A DNA stretch of 64,000 nucleotides from an uncultured Alphaproteobacteria bacterium (GTDB lineage: Bacteria; Pseudomonadota; Alphaproteobacteria; CAVTAV01). The translations under genes and the position numbers were made by a program. Shown piece after piece: positions 31,568-40,813 of the stretch. Each line of letters begins with the position of its first letter. Position 1 is the stretch's first letter. The stretch lies in NCBI GenBank assembly GCA_963821875.1, contig CAWGFE010000001.1:2825-66824 (forward strand), read 5' to 3'. The notes under the pieces are model-generated. The model was not told where the DNA came from. It was given only the letters and a program-made list of their open reading frames with translations, and did not search any database.

Positions 31568-33214
31568 TCATTCGGCTGCGGCCGACAAGTCGGCCGGCTG
31601 AAGCGCGGTGCGTCCGAGAACAAGGTCGGCGGCCTTCTCGCCCACCATGATGACCGGCGCATTCGTGTTGCCGCGCGTGATCTTCGGGAAGATCGAGGCG
31701 TCCGCCACGCGCAATCCCTCGATGCCGCGCACTTTCAATTCGTTGTCGACGACATCGTCCGGCCCCGGGCCCATGCGGCAGGAGCCGACGGGATGGAACA
31801 CGGTGACGGCGGTATCGCGGATATAGGCTTCGATGTCCTCGCGGTTCTGAACCTGTGGCCCTGGCGCGATCTCCACGCCTTTCAGCTTGTCGAAGGACGA
31901 GCAGGCGAGAATCCGGCGCGACATCTTGAAGCCCTCGACCAACGGGTCGATGTCCTCCGGAGCGCTGAGGAAATTCGGATCGATGTGGGGCGCGGCGCGC
32001 GGATCGGCGCTCTCGAGCGTGACGGCGCCGCGGCTCTGCGGGTTGAGCGTGACGATGTTCATGCCATAGCCATGCCCCAGCGGGAGCGGGAATTTGACCG
32101 TGTTGCGGTGCGCCGGGATGAAAACGATCTGCAGGTCCGGCCGGTCCAAATTCGGATCGGACCGCACCAGGCCGTGCGCCTCGTAGACATTGCTTGCGAA
32201 CGGCCCGCTCCGCGCGAACGCATATTGCAGGACGTTCCAAACGCCACGCGGAAAGGCCTTCACGGAAATCCCGTATGACTCCGAATTGTCGGTCTTCATC
32301 TTGATCGTGGTGGCGAGATGGTCGTGCAGATTGCGCCCGACGCCGGGAAGCTCGTGGACCACCGCAATGCCGTGTTTCTTGAGTTGTTCGGGATCGCCCA
32401 CGCCCGAGAGCAGCAGGATTTGGGGCGAGCCGTAAGCGCCGCCCGACAGCACGATCTCGCGCTTCGCGGCCACGGTGCGGACCTGGCCGTCCTGCTCGAT
32501 CTCGACGCCCGTCGCACGCCCGTTCTCGATCACGACGCGGCGCACCAGCGCTTCCGTGACGATTGTCAGGTTTTCGCGATTCCTCGCGGGCTTCAGGAAA
32601 GCCGTCGCGGTCGATTCGCGGTAGCCGTCCCGCATCGTTCCCTGACGCTTGCCGAAGCCTTCCGGTTTCGGCCCGTTATAGTCGTCGCAGCGCGGATATT
32701 GCAGGGAATCCGTGGCATCCAGGAAGCGCTTGATCAGCGGATTGGGCTTGGGGCGCGGGAACATCACGTTCAGCGGTCCGCCCTTGGCGTGATACGGCCC
32801 GGCCGGATAGTCCTCGTTGTTCTCCGAGCGCAGGAAATAGGGCATGACCTCCCGGTAGCTCCACCCGGGATTGCCCATGGCCGCCCATTCGTCGAAATCC
32901 CTCGGCTGGCCCCGGAAATAGACCATGCCGTTGATCGAGCTGGTGCCGCCCAGCACCTTGCCGCGCGGCGAGGGGATCTCGCGATTGGAAAGGTTCTTCT
33001 GCGGCGAGATCATGAAGTTCCAGTTCACGACCGGATGGCTCAGAAGCGCCGCGACAAGCGCCGGAATGTGAATGAGCGGCGTCTTGTCCCTGGGGCCGGC
33101 CTCGATCAGACAGACGCGGTTGCCGGGGTCCTCGGACAGCCGGTTGGCAACAACGCAGCCGGCCGATCCGGCGCCGACGACGATGAAATCGAATGTGTTT
33201 TCGGAATCCGCCAT
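31568..33214 (-). CDS. GMC-family oxidoreductase (choline dehydrogenase-like)
   Basis: FDFIVVGAGSAGCVVANRLSED...GKVLGGTSSINGMVY...HPVGSCRMG. Confidence 0.92.
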   Translation of the reverse strand: MADSENTFDFIVVGAGSAGCVVANRLSEDPGNRVCLIEAGPRDKTPLIHIPALVAALLSHPVVNWNFMISPQKNLSNREIPSPRGKVLGGTSSINGMVYFRGQPRDFDEWAAMGNPGWSYREVMPYFLRSENNEDYPAGPYHAKGGPLNVMFPRPKPNPLIKRFLDATDSLQYPRCDDYNGPKPEGFGKRQGTMRDGYRESTATAFLKPARNRENLTIVTEALVRRVVIENGRATGVEIEQDGQVRTVAAKREIVLSGGAYGSPQILLLSGVGDPEQLKKHGIAVVHELPGVGRNLHDHLATTIKMKTDNSESYGISVKAFPRGVWNVLQYAFARSGPFASNVYEAHGLVRSDPNLDRPDLQIVFIPAHRNTVKFPLPLGHGYGMNIVTLNPQSRGAVTLESADPRAAPHIDPNFLSAPEDIDPLVEGFKMSRRILACSSFDKLKGVEIAPGPQVQNREDIEAYIRDTAVTVFHPVGSCRMGPGPDDVVDNELKVRGIEGLRVADASIFPKITRGNTNAPVIMVGEKAADLVLGRTALQPADLSAAAE

Positions 33215-33246
33215 GATCTGCCCCCGGCCAGTCTGTTCCGCTTCGC

Positions 33247-34125
33247 CTATTCCTCGACCTCGAAGCGCCAGTTTTCGTCGTCCTTAACGATCCAGCCGGC
33301 GGTCGGATCGCAGAAATGGCTGGCAATGATAAAGGCCTTGCGGTCCTGGAAGCGTTGGAGGAACGCGACACGCGTTTTCTTGCCCGCCTCCTTGTCCATG
33401 TCGAAATTGACCGTGTGCTCTGGTAACGCCATCTGGATCGGATGATGCATCAGATCGCCGGTGAGCACGGCTTCCTTGCCCTTCGACGTGATAAGGGCGC
33501 TGACATGGCCCGGCGTGTGGCCCGGTGTCGGAAACAGCGCGAGTTCATCGGTGACCTGGTATTCCGTGCCGATGAACTGGGCAAGCCCGGCGTCGATGAT
33601 CGGCTCGATCGAATCGGAGAGGTGCTCCATATGCGGCTCGCCGCGGCGCCGTTTCTCCTGCCAGAGATCCCATTCCTTCTGGCCGAACAGGTAGCGCGCA
33701 TTCGGGAAAGTGGGCACCCACTTGCCGTTCTCAAGCATGGTGTTCCAGCCGACGTGGTCGAAGTGCAAATGCGTGCAGAGCACCGTCGTGACGTCTTCGC
33801 GCTTGTAACCGGCGGCTTCCAGATCTTCGAGGAAGGAGCCCTGCATGTTGCAGAAGATGTCGTATTCGCGCTGGCGGTCATTCCCGATACAGGTGTCGAA
33901 CATGATGAGTTCGTTGGGCGTTTCAACGATGAAGCATTGGAACGAGATCAGCATATCGCCGTCTTCGGTGGCGAAATGCGGCCGCAGCCAGTCATATTTC
34001 TTCATCAGCTCGGGCGAGCCGTCTTCCAGCAGCACCGCAAGCGGATCCTGATGATTGTTCACTTCGACGATGCGCGTTACCCGAACGTCGCCGACGGTCC
34101 AATGCCGTAAATGTTCCTTAGCCAT
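33247..34125 (-). CDS. MBL-fold metallo-hydrolase
   Basis: The LCTHLHFDHVGW motif (HxHxDH), with TPGHTPGH further on. Confidence 0.85.
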   Translation of the reverse strand: MAKEHLRHWTVGDVRVTRIVEVNNHQDPLAVLLEDGSPELMKKYDWLRPHFATEDGDMLISFQCFIVETPNELIMFDTCIGNDRQREYDIFCNMQGSFLEDLEAAGYKREDVTTVLCTHLHFDHVGWNTMLENGKWVPTFPNARYLFGQKEWDLWQEKRRRGEPHMEHLSDSIEPIIDAGLAQFIGTEYQVTDELALFPTPGHTPGHVSALITSKGKEAVLTGDLMHHPIQMALPEHTVNFDMDKEAGKKTRVAFLQRFQDRKAFIIASHFCDPTAGWIVKDDENWRFEVEE

Positions 34126-34316
34126 GGTGCTGCTGTCTCTTCCCCCTTGCTCACGCTGCTCTCAAGCTTCCCGGACACGGCGAGACGGTAAACCGGCCGG
34201 GCCTCCCGGGCCTGTCGGTATCATCCGTTAAAATCTCACCGGCTTCTAAACTCGTATAACATTCGCGCGGGAGGGGAAAGACCTTCGCGCCGCCGCTGGC
34301 CTAACGAAGGCCGTTC

Positions 34317-34658
34317 CTACGCCGAATTCGCGTCGCCGTAGCGCAGCACCCGGACTTTTTCGAGTGTGACCAGACCACTGCCCATCATATTTTCGAGTTC
34401 GGGCAGGAAGGATTCGATCTTTTCCTGGCTGTCGACGATCTCGATAACGATCGGGAGATCTTCCGAGAGCCGGAGAATCTTCGCGGTGTGCAGATGGCTG
34501 GAATGGCCGAAGCCGAGCGGGCCGCGCAGAACCGTGGCGCCGGCGAGGCCGGCCGCGCGGGCTTTCAGCACGATCGCTTCATAGGCCGGCTTGCCGTCGG
34601 CCTTGTCGTCCTCGCCAACGAAGATGCGGAGAAGGACTGCGTTTTCGGGCAGTGTCAT
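34317..34658 (-). CDS. DUF190 (PII-like) protein, fluoride-associated
   Basis: LLRIFVGEDDK...GATVLRGPLGFG. It lies 12 nt downstream of crcB. Confidence 0.8.
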   Translation of the reverse strand: MTLPENAVLLRIFVGEDDKADGKPAYEAIVLKARAAGLAGATVLRGPLGFGHSSHLHTAKILRLSEDLPIVIEIVDSQEKIESFLPELENMMGSGLVTLEKVRVLRYGDANSA

Positions 34659-34670
34659 TGCTGGAGCCCC

Positions 34671-35066
34671 CTATCGATTGATCGTTACGGCGAGGCTGTG
34701 TCCCAGCCAGGCGCCGAAGATGCACAGAAGCACCGAGAGCACGACATTCGCCGCGCCCCAGAGCCATTCGCCGTCCTGCATCAGCGTCAGTGTCTGGAGG
34801 CTGAAGGACGAAAAGGTCGTGAAGCCGCCGAACACGCCGACCAGCATGAACTGGCGTGGGCCGGTGCCGAGCAGCATGCGGCCGTCGGGGCCGGTGACGG
34901 TGAAGACCACCGCGATGAGAAACGATCCGACGACGTTCACGAACATCGTGCCGAAGGGAAAGGTCTCGCCGACCCAGCGCGCCACAAGGCCCGAGCACCA
35001 ATATCGCCCAAGGCTGCCGATGGCGCCGCCGAGCGCCACCCAGAGCGGGATCACGATGCTAGACAT
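34671..35066 (-). CDS. crcB: Fluoride channel CrcB/FluC
   Basis: From the ATG at 35066: MSSIVIPLWVALGGAIGSLGRYW...FPFGTMFVNVVGSF...GFTTFSSF. Confidence 0.9.
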   Translation of the reverse strand: MSSIVIPLWVALGGAIGSLGRYWCSGLVARWVGETFPFGTMFVNVVGSFLIAVVFTVTGPDGRMLLGTGPRQFMLVGVFGGFTTFSSFSLQTLTLMQDGEWLWGAANVVLSVLLCIFGAWLGHSLAVTINR

Positions 35067-35167
35067 GACCGCGGGTTCCCGCGCGACAGCCGCGCGCACA
35101 GAGGTTTCGTCTCGAAAATGTCGGTGTCACATGCGCCTCCTGGGCCGCTTCCTCAAGCTTGTGGTTG

Positions 35168-35238
35168 TGAGGCAGGAGTCATCAGCCTGGACAAGACCTT
35201 GTCCGCGGAGGCGGTTAATGGGGGACTCCATCCCCAGT
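35168..35238 (-). promoter_or_regulatory. Fluoride riboswitch (crcB RNA motif)
   Basis: The minus strand reads GGGGAUGGAGUCCCCCAUUAACCGCC-(GGACAAG-GUC-CUUGUCC hairpin)-AGGCUGAUGACUCCUGCC. This shows the P1 stem, the conserved AAC.GCC and CUGAUG elements, and a GGAGU/ACUCC pseudoknot. It lies about 100 nt upstream of crcB. Confidence 0.8.
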
Positions 35239-35298
35239 CATTTAGAACTGCCCCGATTTTGGAGGCCAGTCAATCCTCGCGGTAGCGCACGCGCGAGG

Positions 35299-35508
35299 TC
35301 AGCGGTTGATCAGCCACAGGATAAGGCTCAGCACGACGCTGATGATCACCGAGGTCATGATCGGGATATAGAGCTTGAAGGTGCCGCGCTCGATCAGGAT
35401 GTCGCCCGGCAAGCGCCCGAGGCCGAATCGCTCGCCGGCGAGCCAGACAAGCCCGATCGCGATCAGAACGGCGCCGGCGATGATCAGAAGCTTCGGCATG
35501 ACGTTCAT
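35299..35508 (-). CDS. DUF2905 small membrane protein
   Basis: MNVMPKLLIIAGAVLIAIGLVWL...LGRLPGDILIERGTFKLYIPIMTSVIISVVLSL. Confidence 0.75.
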   Translation of the reverse strand: MNVMPKLLIIAGAVLIAIGLVWLAGERFGLGRLPGDILIERGTFKLYIPIMTSVIISVVLSLILWLINR

Positions 35509-35624
35509 TTAGGCGCTTTTCGGCGCTTTGCCAAATGGCTGTTCGCCCGCCCCGACGGCGCATCTCGCGCAATGAGGAATTCTGATGCTAAAGTCCGATC
35601 TCGCCGGGACAGGGGGACACACAG

Positions 35625-37046
35625 ATGGCTTCTGGAGAAACGACGCAACACTACGATCTTGTCGTGATCGGCTGCGGGGCCGCCGGACTTTCGGCGGCGG
35701 TCGGCCATGCAGCGGCGGCCGGAGCAGAGGGCCGACAGGCCCGTGTCGCCGTGCTGGAGCGGGCAACCCGCGAGAATCGCGGCGGGGCGACCCGCTGGAC
35801 CAGCTCGTGGTTCCGCATCGGCGAGGACCGAAGCCTCGATCCGAATTTCATCCCGCAGATGAAGGCGGTGTCGAACGGCATGGCCGATCTCGATTATTGC
35901 GAGACCCTGTCGCGCGAGGCCGCCGAAACGCTCGGCTTTCTCGAGCGGAACGGGGTCGATCTCATCTATTTCAAGCAGCCCTTCGCGAACCGGAACGCCG
36001 GCGGCGGTCTCGGTATGCCGGCGCGAGGCGGCGTCGGCATCGTCGACGGGTTGGCCGCGGTCGTCGACCGCACGCCCGGCGTCGAGATTCTCTACGAGAC
36101 GGAGGCATTGTGGCTCGGCGTGTCGGATGACGGGCGCATCAATGGTGTCGTGACGCGCGGGCGCGACGGTCTGATGAAGCGTCTGGACGCGTCGGCCGTC
36201 GTCATCGCCTGCGGTGGTTTCGAGGGCAACAAGGAGATGCTGACGCAATATCTCGGCGCCCGGGCCTGTGACCTGCCGCTGGTCGCGCCGACGCTCACGA
36301 ACAATCGCGGTGAGGGCCTGCGCATGGCGCTCGACGTAGGCGCGGATACCGCCGGCCAGTTCGATATGTTCCACGGCGAGCCGAAGGACGTGCGCTCGGA
36401 CAAGCCCGATGCCGTCGTCTATGGCTACCCCTTCGGGATTCTGGTCAACGAGCGCGCCGAGCGCTTCTTTGACGAAGGCAAGGACAGTTTCGATTCCACC
36501 TTCGAGGAACTGTCTTTCGAGATCTGGCGAAACCAGAATCAGACGGCATTCTTCATCGGCGATCAAACGACGCTGGGGATCGAGAACTGGGTCGATATCA
36601 ATCTGACCGACCAGCCGCCCATCGAGGCCGCCACGATTCCCGACCTTGCGGGAAAGTTGGGGCTCGATGCCGCCGCGCTCGAGCGCACGATTGCCGAGTA
36701 CAACGCCGCGATCGGGCCCGGAGAGATCAATCCGAAGGTTTTCGACGGGCGCGCGGCCCAAGGGTTGGCGGTGCCGAAATCGAACTGGGCGTTCCCGCTG
36801 GATCAGCCGCCCTACATCGCCTATCCGCTGACCTGCGCGATCACCTTCACCTTTGGCGGCATTCGCACCAACAGTCTCGGTCAGGTCGTCAGCCCGGTCG
36901 GCACGCCCATTCCCGGCCTCTATGCGGCGGGCGAAGCGACCGGGCTTTATTATCATCACTATCCGGCGGGCACGTCCGTCCTGCGCGCGGCGACCTTCGG
37001 CCGGATCGCCGGGGCGCATGCCGCAACCCACGGTAGAGCGGCTTAG
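35625..37046 (+). CDS. FAD-binding dehydrogenase, fumarate-reductase/succinate-dehydrogenase flavoprotein family (TcuA-like)
   Basis: YDLVVIGCGAAGLSAAV...RGGATRWTSS...GLYAAGEATG. Confidence 0.85.
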   Translation: MASGETTQHYDLVVIGCGAAGLSAAVGHAAAAGAEGRQARVAVLERATRENRGGATRWTSSWFRIGEDRSLDPNFIPQMKAVSNGMADLDYCETLSREAAETLGFLERNGVDLIYFKQPFANRNAGGGLGMPARGGVGIVDGLAAVVDRTPGVEILYETEALWLGVSDDGRINGVVTRGRDGLMKRLDASAVVIACGGFEGNKEMLTQYLGARACDLPLVAPTLTNNRGEGLRMALDVGADTAGQFDMFHGEPKDVRSDKPDAVVYGYPFGILVNERAERFFDEGKDSFDSTFEELSFEIWRNQNQTAFFIGDQTTLGIENWVDINLTDQPPIEAATIPDLAGKLGLDAAALERTIAEYNAAIGPGEINPKVFDGRAAQGLAVPKSNWAFPLDQPPYIAYPLTCAITFTFGGIRTNSLGQVVSPVGTPIPGLYAAGEATGLYYHHYPAGTSVLRAATFGRIAGAHAATHGRAA

Positions 37047-37095
37047 TCCGATCGGCCGGACATGGTATAGTATTGCGTCGAAAGGAGGGCCGGTC

Positions 37096-37971
37096 ATGGA
37101 AATCGTTCACGCGGACACGCTCAGAAGTGATGAAGATCCGCTGCCGCACCGCCACGGCGGCATCGCGCTGACCTACCTCTTCAGGGGCGAGGAGAACACG
37201 CCGGACAACTTCTCCTGGACGATCGGCGACGAGAGCGCGTCCTATTATGCGCCCCGCCACCGGCACAATTTCGATCAGATCCGCTATTGCATCGAGGGAA
37301 GCATCCCGATCGGGCGGAACCTGATGGTCGACACCCGTGAGGTCGGCTATTTCCCGGAAGGCGTCCACTATGGCCCGCAGGAAGGCGGGCCGGACCGCAA
37401 GACCCTCGTTCTGCAGTTCGGCGGCGCCAGCGGACAGGGTTATATGAGCACGCGTCAGCTCAAGGCCGGTTACGAAGCGCTGCTCGCTGAGGGCGATTTC
37501 GAAAAAGGCGTGTTCCGCCGCAAGGCGGGCGAGGGGAAGAAGAACCAGGATAGCTACGATGCCATCTGGCAAAAGGTATTCGGGCGCCCGCTCGACTATC
37601 CCAAACCGCGTTATAAGGCGCCGATCGTCATGCGGCCCGAGAATTTCTCCTGGGCGCCCGTCGAGCGGTCGGCCGGCGTGTGTCGGCGACGGCTCGGCGC
37701 GTTCGGTGAGCGCGGCGTCGGCCTCGATTTCTATGCCGTGACGCCGGGCTCCACATTCGATATGGGCGAGTCGTCCGCGCGCCGGCTGATCTTCGTGTGC
37801 AGCGGCATGGGGCGCTGCGCCGGCGACTCCTATTCAGCTCTTTCGGCGGTCCGGCTCGAACCGGGCGAGTCGATCGCTTTCGCCGCGGATGACGATACCG
37901 AACTCTTCGTCATCACCCTGCCGATGCTGGGCGAGGCGCGATCCGTCGAGTCGTCCGTCGCGGCGGAATAA
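37096..37971 (+). CDS. Conserved hypothetical protein, possibly cupin-fold
   Basis: The ATG at 37096 follows aaaggaggg. MEIVHADTLRSDED...APRHRHNFDQIRYCIEGS...GYFPEGVHYGPQ. The functional call is weak. Confidence 0.6.
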   Translation: MEIVHADTLRSDEDPLPHRHGGIALTYLFRGEENTPDNFSWTIGDESASYYAPRHRHNFDQIRYCIEGSIPIGRNLMVDTREVGYFPEGVHYGPQEGGPDRKTLVLQFGGASGQGYMSTRQLKAGYEALLAEGDFEKGVFRRKAGEGKKNQDSYDAIWQKVFGRPLDYPKPRYKAPIVMRPENFSWAPVERSAGVCRRRLGAFGERGVGLDFYAVTPGSTFDMGESSARRLIFVCSGMGRCAGDSYSALSAVRLEPGESIAFAADDDTELFVITLPMLGEARSVESSVAAE

Positions 37972-38125
37972 ACGTCGCACCGTATAACGGGTTTTTGCTA
38001 TTGCGTTGACGCGCGCGAAGGGGGGAGTATGCCCCGCCGCTAGCGGCGGGCGAATCGGCCCCGTCGGGAGGCTCCCGATTCATTGGTCGCGGCGCGTTCT
38101 GCGTATGTCTTCAGGAGAGGCAATC

Positions 38126-38884
38126 ATGCTGAAACTTTATCATTGGGAACCGAATGCGAATTCGGGCAAGCCGATGCTCGCGCTCGCTGAAAAAGGCGTG
38201 GAGTATGAGAGCCATTATCTGGACCTGCTGAAGATGGATCAGCATCAGCCGGAATATCTCGCGATCAATCCCGACGGAACGATTCCCGCGATGGTTCATG
38301 ACGGCCGGGTCCTCACCGAATCGACCCCGATGATGGAATATGTCGACGCGATGTTCGACGGTCCGCCGCTGCGTTCGAGCAATCCCAAGGAGCGCTGGCG
38401 GATGCGCTGGTGGATGCGCTATTTCGACGCATATTTCGGGCCGTCGGTCAGCATGATCGGCTGGAACATGTTCGTCGGGCCCCAGGCCCGCGAGCGCGAT
38501 CCCGAGGAGATGAAAGCGGCAATCGAGAAGATCCCGCTGGAGTCCCGCCGGATCGCCTGGCGCAAGGCGTTGTTCAACGAATTCACCGACGAAGAGCTGG
38601 CGGAATCGCGCCGCCGCGTGATCTTCTCGATCGACGTCCTCGAGAAGCATCTCACCAGGCACAAATTCATCGCCGGCGACAGCTACACGCTCGGCGATAT
38701 CAATGGCTTCAACCTGGCCTATGCCCTGCCGTTCTCCCAGCCCGATCACTGCAACGACGAAAAGACGCCGAAGATCATGGCCTGGCTGCGGTGGATCTAT
38801 GCCCGGCCCGCGACCAAGGCGACCTGGGCCAAGGGACGGACCGAACTGGCCTCGCGCTTGCAGCTGCTCGAGACGAAGAATTAG
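38126..38884 (+). CDS. Glutathione S-transferase family protein
   Basis: MLKLYHWEPNANSGKPMLALAEKGVEY...INPDGTIPAMVHDGRVLTEST is the thioredoxin-like GST N-domain. An RBS (caggagagg) is present. Confidence 0.85.
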   Translation: MLKLYHWEPNANSGKPMLALAEKGVEYESHYLDLLKMDQHQPEYLAINPDGTIPAMVHDGRVLTESTPMMEYVDAMFDGPPLRSSNPKERWRMRWWMRYFDAYFGPSVSMIGWNMFVGPQARERDPEEMKAAIEKIPLESRRIAWRKALFNEFTDEELAESRRRVIFSIDVLEKHLTRHKFIAGDSYTLGDINGFNLAYALPFSQPDHCNDEKTPKIMAWLRWIYARPATKATWAKGRTELASRLQLLETKN

Positions 38885-38904
38885 GCACGGGGAGGATTGA
38901 GAAG

Positions 38905-39690
38905 ATGATTGAACTGTACCATTCCGAGCCGAACAGCTTTTATCTCAAGCCGCTTGTCGCGCTCAAAGAAAAGAACGCCGAGTTCAAAAGCCACTATTTC
39001 GATCCGACGAAGTTCGAGCAGTTAGCGCCGGATTTTCCGCATAATGTGGAATCCGACCTGCAGCTCGAGCGCGAAGGGCCGTTACTGATCGACGGCGGCG
39101 AGATCATTTCCAGCTCTTTCTTCATGCTGGAATATATCGCCGAGGCGCTGCCCGGCACGGATCTCTATCCCGGTGACGGCTACACCAAATACCGCGCTCA
39201 GGCCTGGGGGCAGTTCCTGGGGCTGGCGCTCGGGCCGGCTGTCGCCGCGCTGGGCTGTGCAAAATATCTCGGGCCCGTTCTCAAGACTCGCGGTCAAACG
39301 GAGCTGAAGGCGGCGATCGACAAGATAGAGCCGATCGAACGGCGTAACGCCTGGCTGGCGGTAATCGACGGCAGCTATACGGATGCGGCGCTCAAGGGCG
39401 CGGCCGAAAAGGTCAAGTTTCCGGTCAAGCGCGTCGAGGACTGGCTCGCCGACAATACCTGGCTGACGGGCGACGCCTATTCCATCGCGGATATCGACGC
39501 CTTCGCGATTCTGTCGGTTCTGCCGGATCTCACGCCGGAAATCGTCAATGCCACGGCAACGCCCAAAGTCATGGACTTCCTGAAGCGGATGCGGGACCGC
39601 GAAGCGGTGCAGGCGGCTCTGGCCATGAGCAAGACCGGCAAGCCGCAGGAATTTTTCGTGCCGGGCGCCGAGCCCTCGCGCTGGGGCTAA
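38905..39690 (+). CDS. Glutathione S-transferase-like protein (second copy)
   Basis: MIELYHSEPNSFYLKPLVALKEKNAEF...LLIDGGEIISSSFFMLEY...YSIADIDAF. An RBS (ggggagga) is present. Confidence 0.8.
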   Translation: MIELYHSEPNSFYLKPLVALKEKNAEFKSHYFDPTKFEQLAPDFPHNVESDLQLEREGPLLIDGGEIISSSFFMLEYIAEALPGTDLYPGDGYTKYRAQAWGQFLGLALGPAVAALGCAKYLGPVLKTRGQTELKAAIDKIEPIERRNAWLAVIDGSYTDAALKGAAEKVKFPVKRVEDWLADNTWLTGDAYSIADIDAFAILSVLPDLTPEIVNATATPKVMDFLKRMRDREAVQAALAMSKTGKPQEFFVPGAEPSRWG

Positions 39691-39763
39691 GGAGCCGCTG
39701 ACATCGACGCTCGCCCCGTTAGCCCTGAGCTTGTCGAAGGGTGTTCGGCGGCGGGTTGGCAGG

Positions 39764-40738
39764 CTACGCCGCCCGGTCGTCCGCGTCCTCGGAGCAGCGC
39801 TGAACCTCAATGGTCGCGTGGACGATGCCCAGGGTGTCGGGAAGTCGCCGGCGATAGTCGTCCGGCGCGGCCGGCGCATGGCTCACGATGCTGATCGACG
39901 CGGCGTAGATACCCGGCCCGATCGACCAGACATGCAAGTCGGCGATCTTGTCCCCGTTCGTCTCGATGGCGTCAAGGATCGGCTGGCGCATCGCGCGTGG
40001 GGCCTGCCAGTCGAGCAGTACCTGGCCGGTATCCCGCAGCAGGCCGAAGGACCAACGGAAAATCAGGATCGCGCCGACGATACCCATCAGGGGATCGAGC
40101 CAGACCGCGCCAAAATATTTCCCTGTCACCAGCGCCCCGATCGCCAACACGGACGTCAGCGCGTCCGCCAATACATGAAAATAGGCCGACCGTAGATTGT
40201 GGTCGTGATGATGATGGTCATGCGTATCGGCGTGATCCTGCTGGGCGGGTGCATGGGCATGGCCGTGGCCGTGATCATGCCCGCCGCCCATCAGGACGAC
40301 GGCGCTGACGACATTGACGACAAGCCCGACGACGGCGACGAAGATCGCGTCGTTGAACTCGATGGTGGTCGGCGTCATCAGACGCAGCACGCTTTCCCAC
40401 GTCATGCCCGCGGCGAAAATCAGCAGGAGAAGCGCGCCGGTGAAGCCGCCCAGCGAATTGATTTTGCCGGTGCCGAAAGAAAGCCGCGCGTCGCCCGCCA
40501 TCCGTCGCGCGAAGACATAGGCCATCATGGCGATGCCTAGCGCCAGCGCGTGGGACGCCATATGCAGGCCGTCGGCGAGCAGCGCCATTGAGCCGAATGA
40601 GAGGCCCGCGATGATCTCCGCGACCATCATGACGGCCGTCAGGCCCACGACGATCAGCGTACGCTTTTCGCCGGGTTTCTGCTTGTCCTGGCCGAACACG
40701 TGATCGTGTTGCCAGTCGTCCAGCGACTGTGTATGCAT
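39764..40738 (-). CDS. Cation diffusion facilitator (CzcD/ZitB-like) metal efflux protein with a His-rich loop
   Basis: SMALLADGLHMASHA...GGHDHGHGHAHAPAQQDHADTHDHHHHDHNLRSAYFHVLADALTSV. The start is either ATG 40738 or ATG 40771. Confidence 0.88.
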   Translation of the reverse strand: MHTQSLDDWQHDHVFGQDKQKPGEKRTLIVVGLTAVMMVAEIIAGLSFGSMALLADGLHMASHALALGIAMMAYVFARRMAGDARLSFGTGKINSLGGFTGALLLLIFAAGMTWESVLRLMTPTTIEFNDAIFVAVVGLVVNVVSAVVLMGGGHDHGHGHAHAPAQQDHADTHDHHHHDHNLRSAYFHVLADALTSVLAIGALVTGKYFGAVWLDPLMGIVGAILIFRWSFGLLRDTGQVLLDWQAPRAMRQPILDAIETNGDKIADLHVWSIGPGIYAASISIVSHAPAAPDDYRRRLPDTLGIVHATIEVQRCSEDADDRAA

Positions 40739-40813
40739 TTTTTGCTGCCAGCTCCCTAATGCAATCAGCATTGTGATGGCAACAGGAGGGCCGTTTTGTC
40801 AATAACGGGATGA

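Noticed and set aside
30362-32278. 638-aa plus-strand ORF spanning the P450 and GMC genes
   Set aside because: It is antisense to two genes with unambiguous signatures (heme Cys loop, GMC motifs). Its own sequence is Arg/Asp-rich and it crosses an intergenic gap.
35505-37097. 530-aa minus-strand ORF opposite the TcuA-like flavoprotein gene
   Set aside because: Shadow ORF with no recognisable domain, whereas the plus-strand frame has a GxGxxG FAD motif and a good RBS.
40275-40813. Read-through tail of the 481-aa PhzF ORF, overlapping the CDF gene
   Set aside because: The sequence is Arg-rich with no homology logic. The conserved PhzF C-terminus is found in the +1 frame, so the tail is interpreted as a frameshift artefact rather than a real extension.
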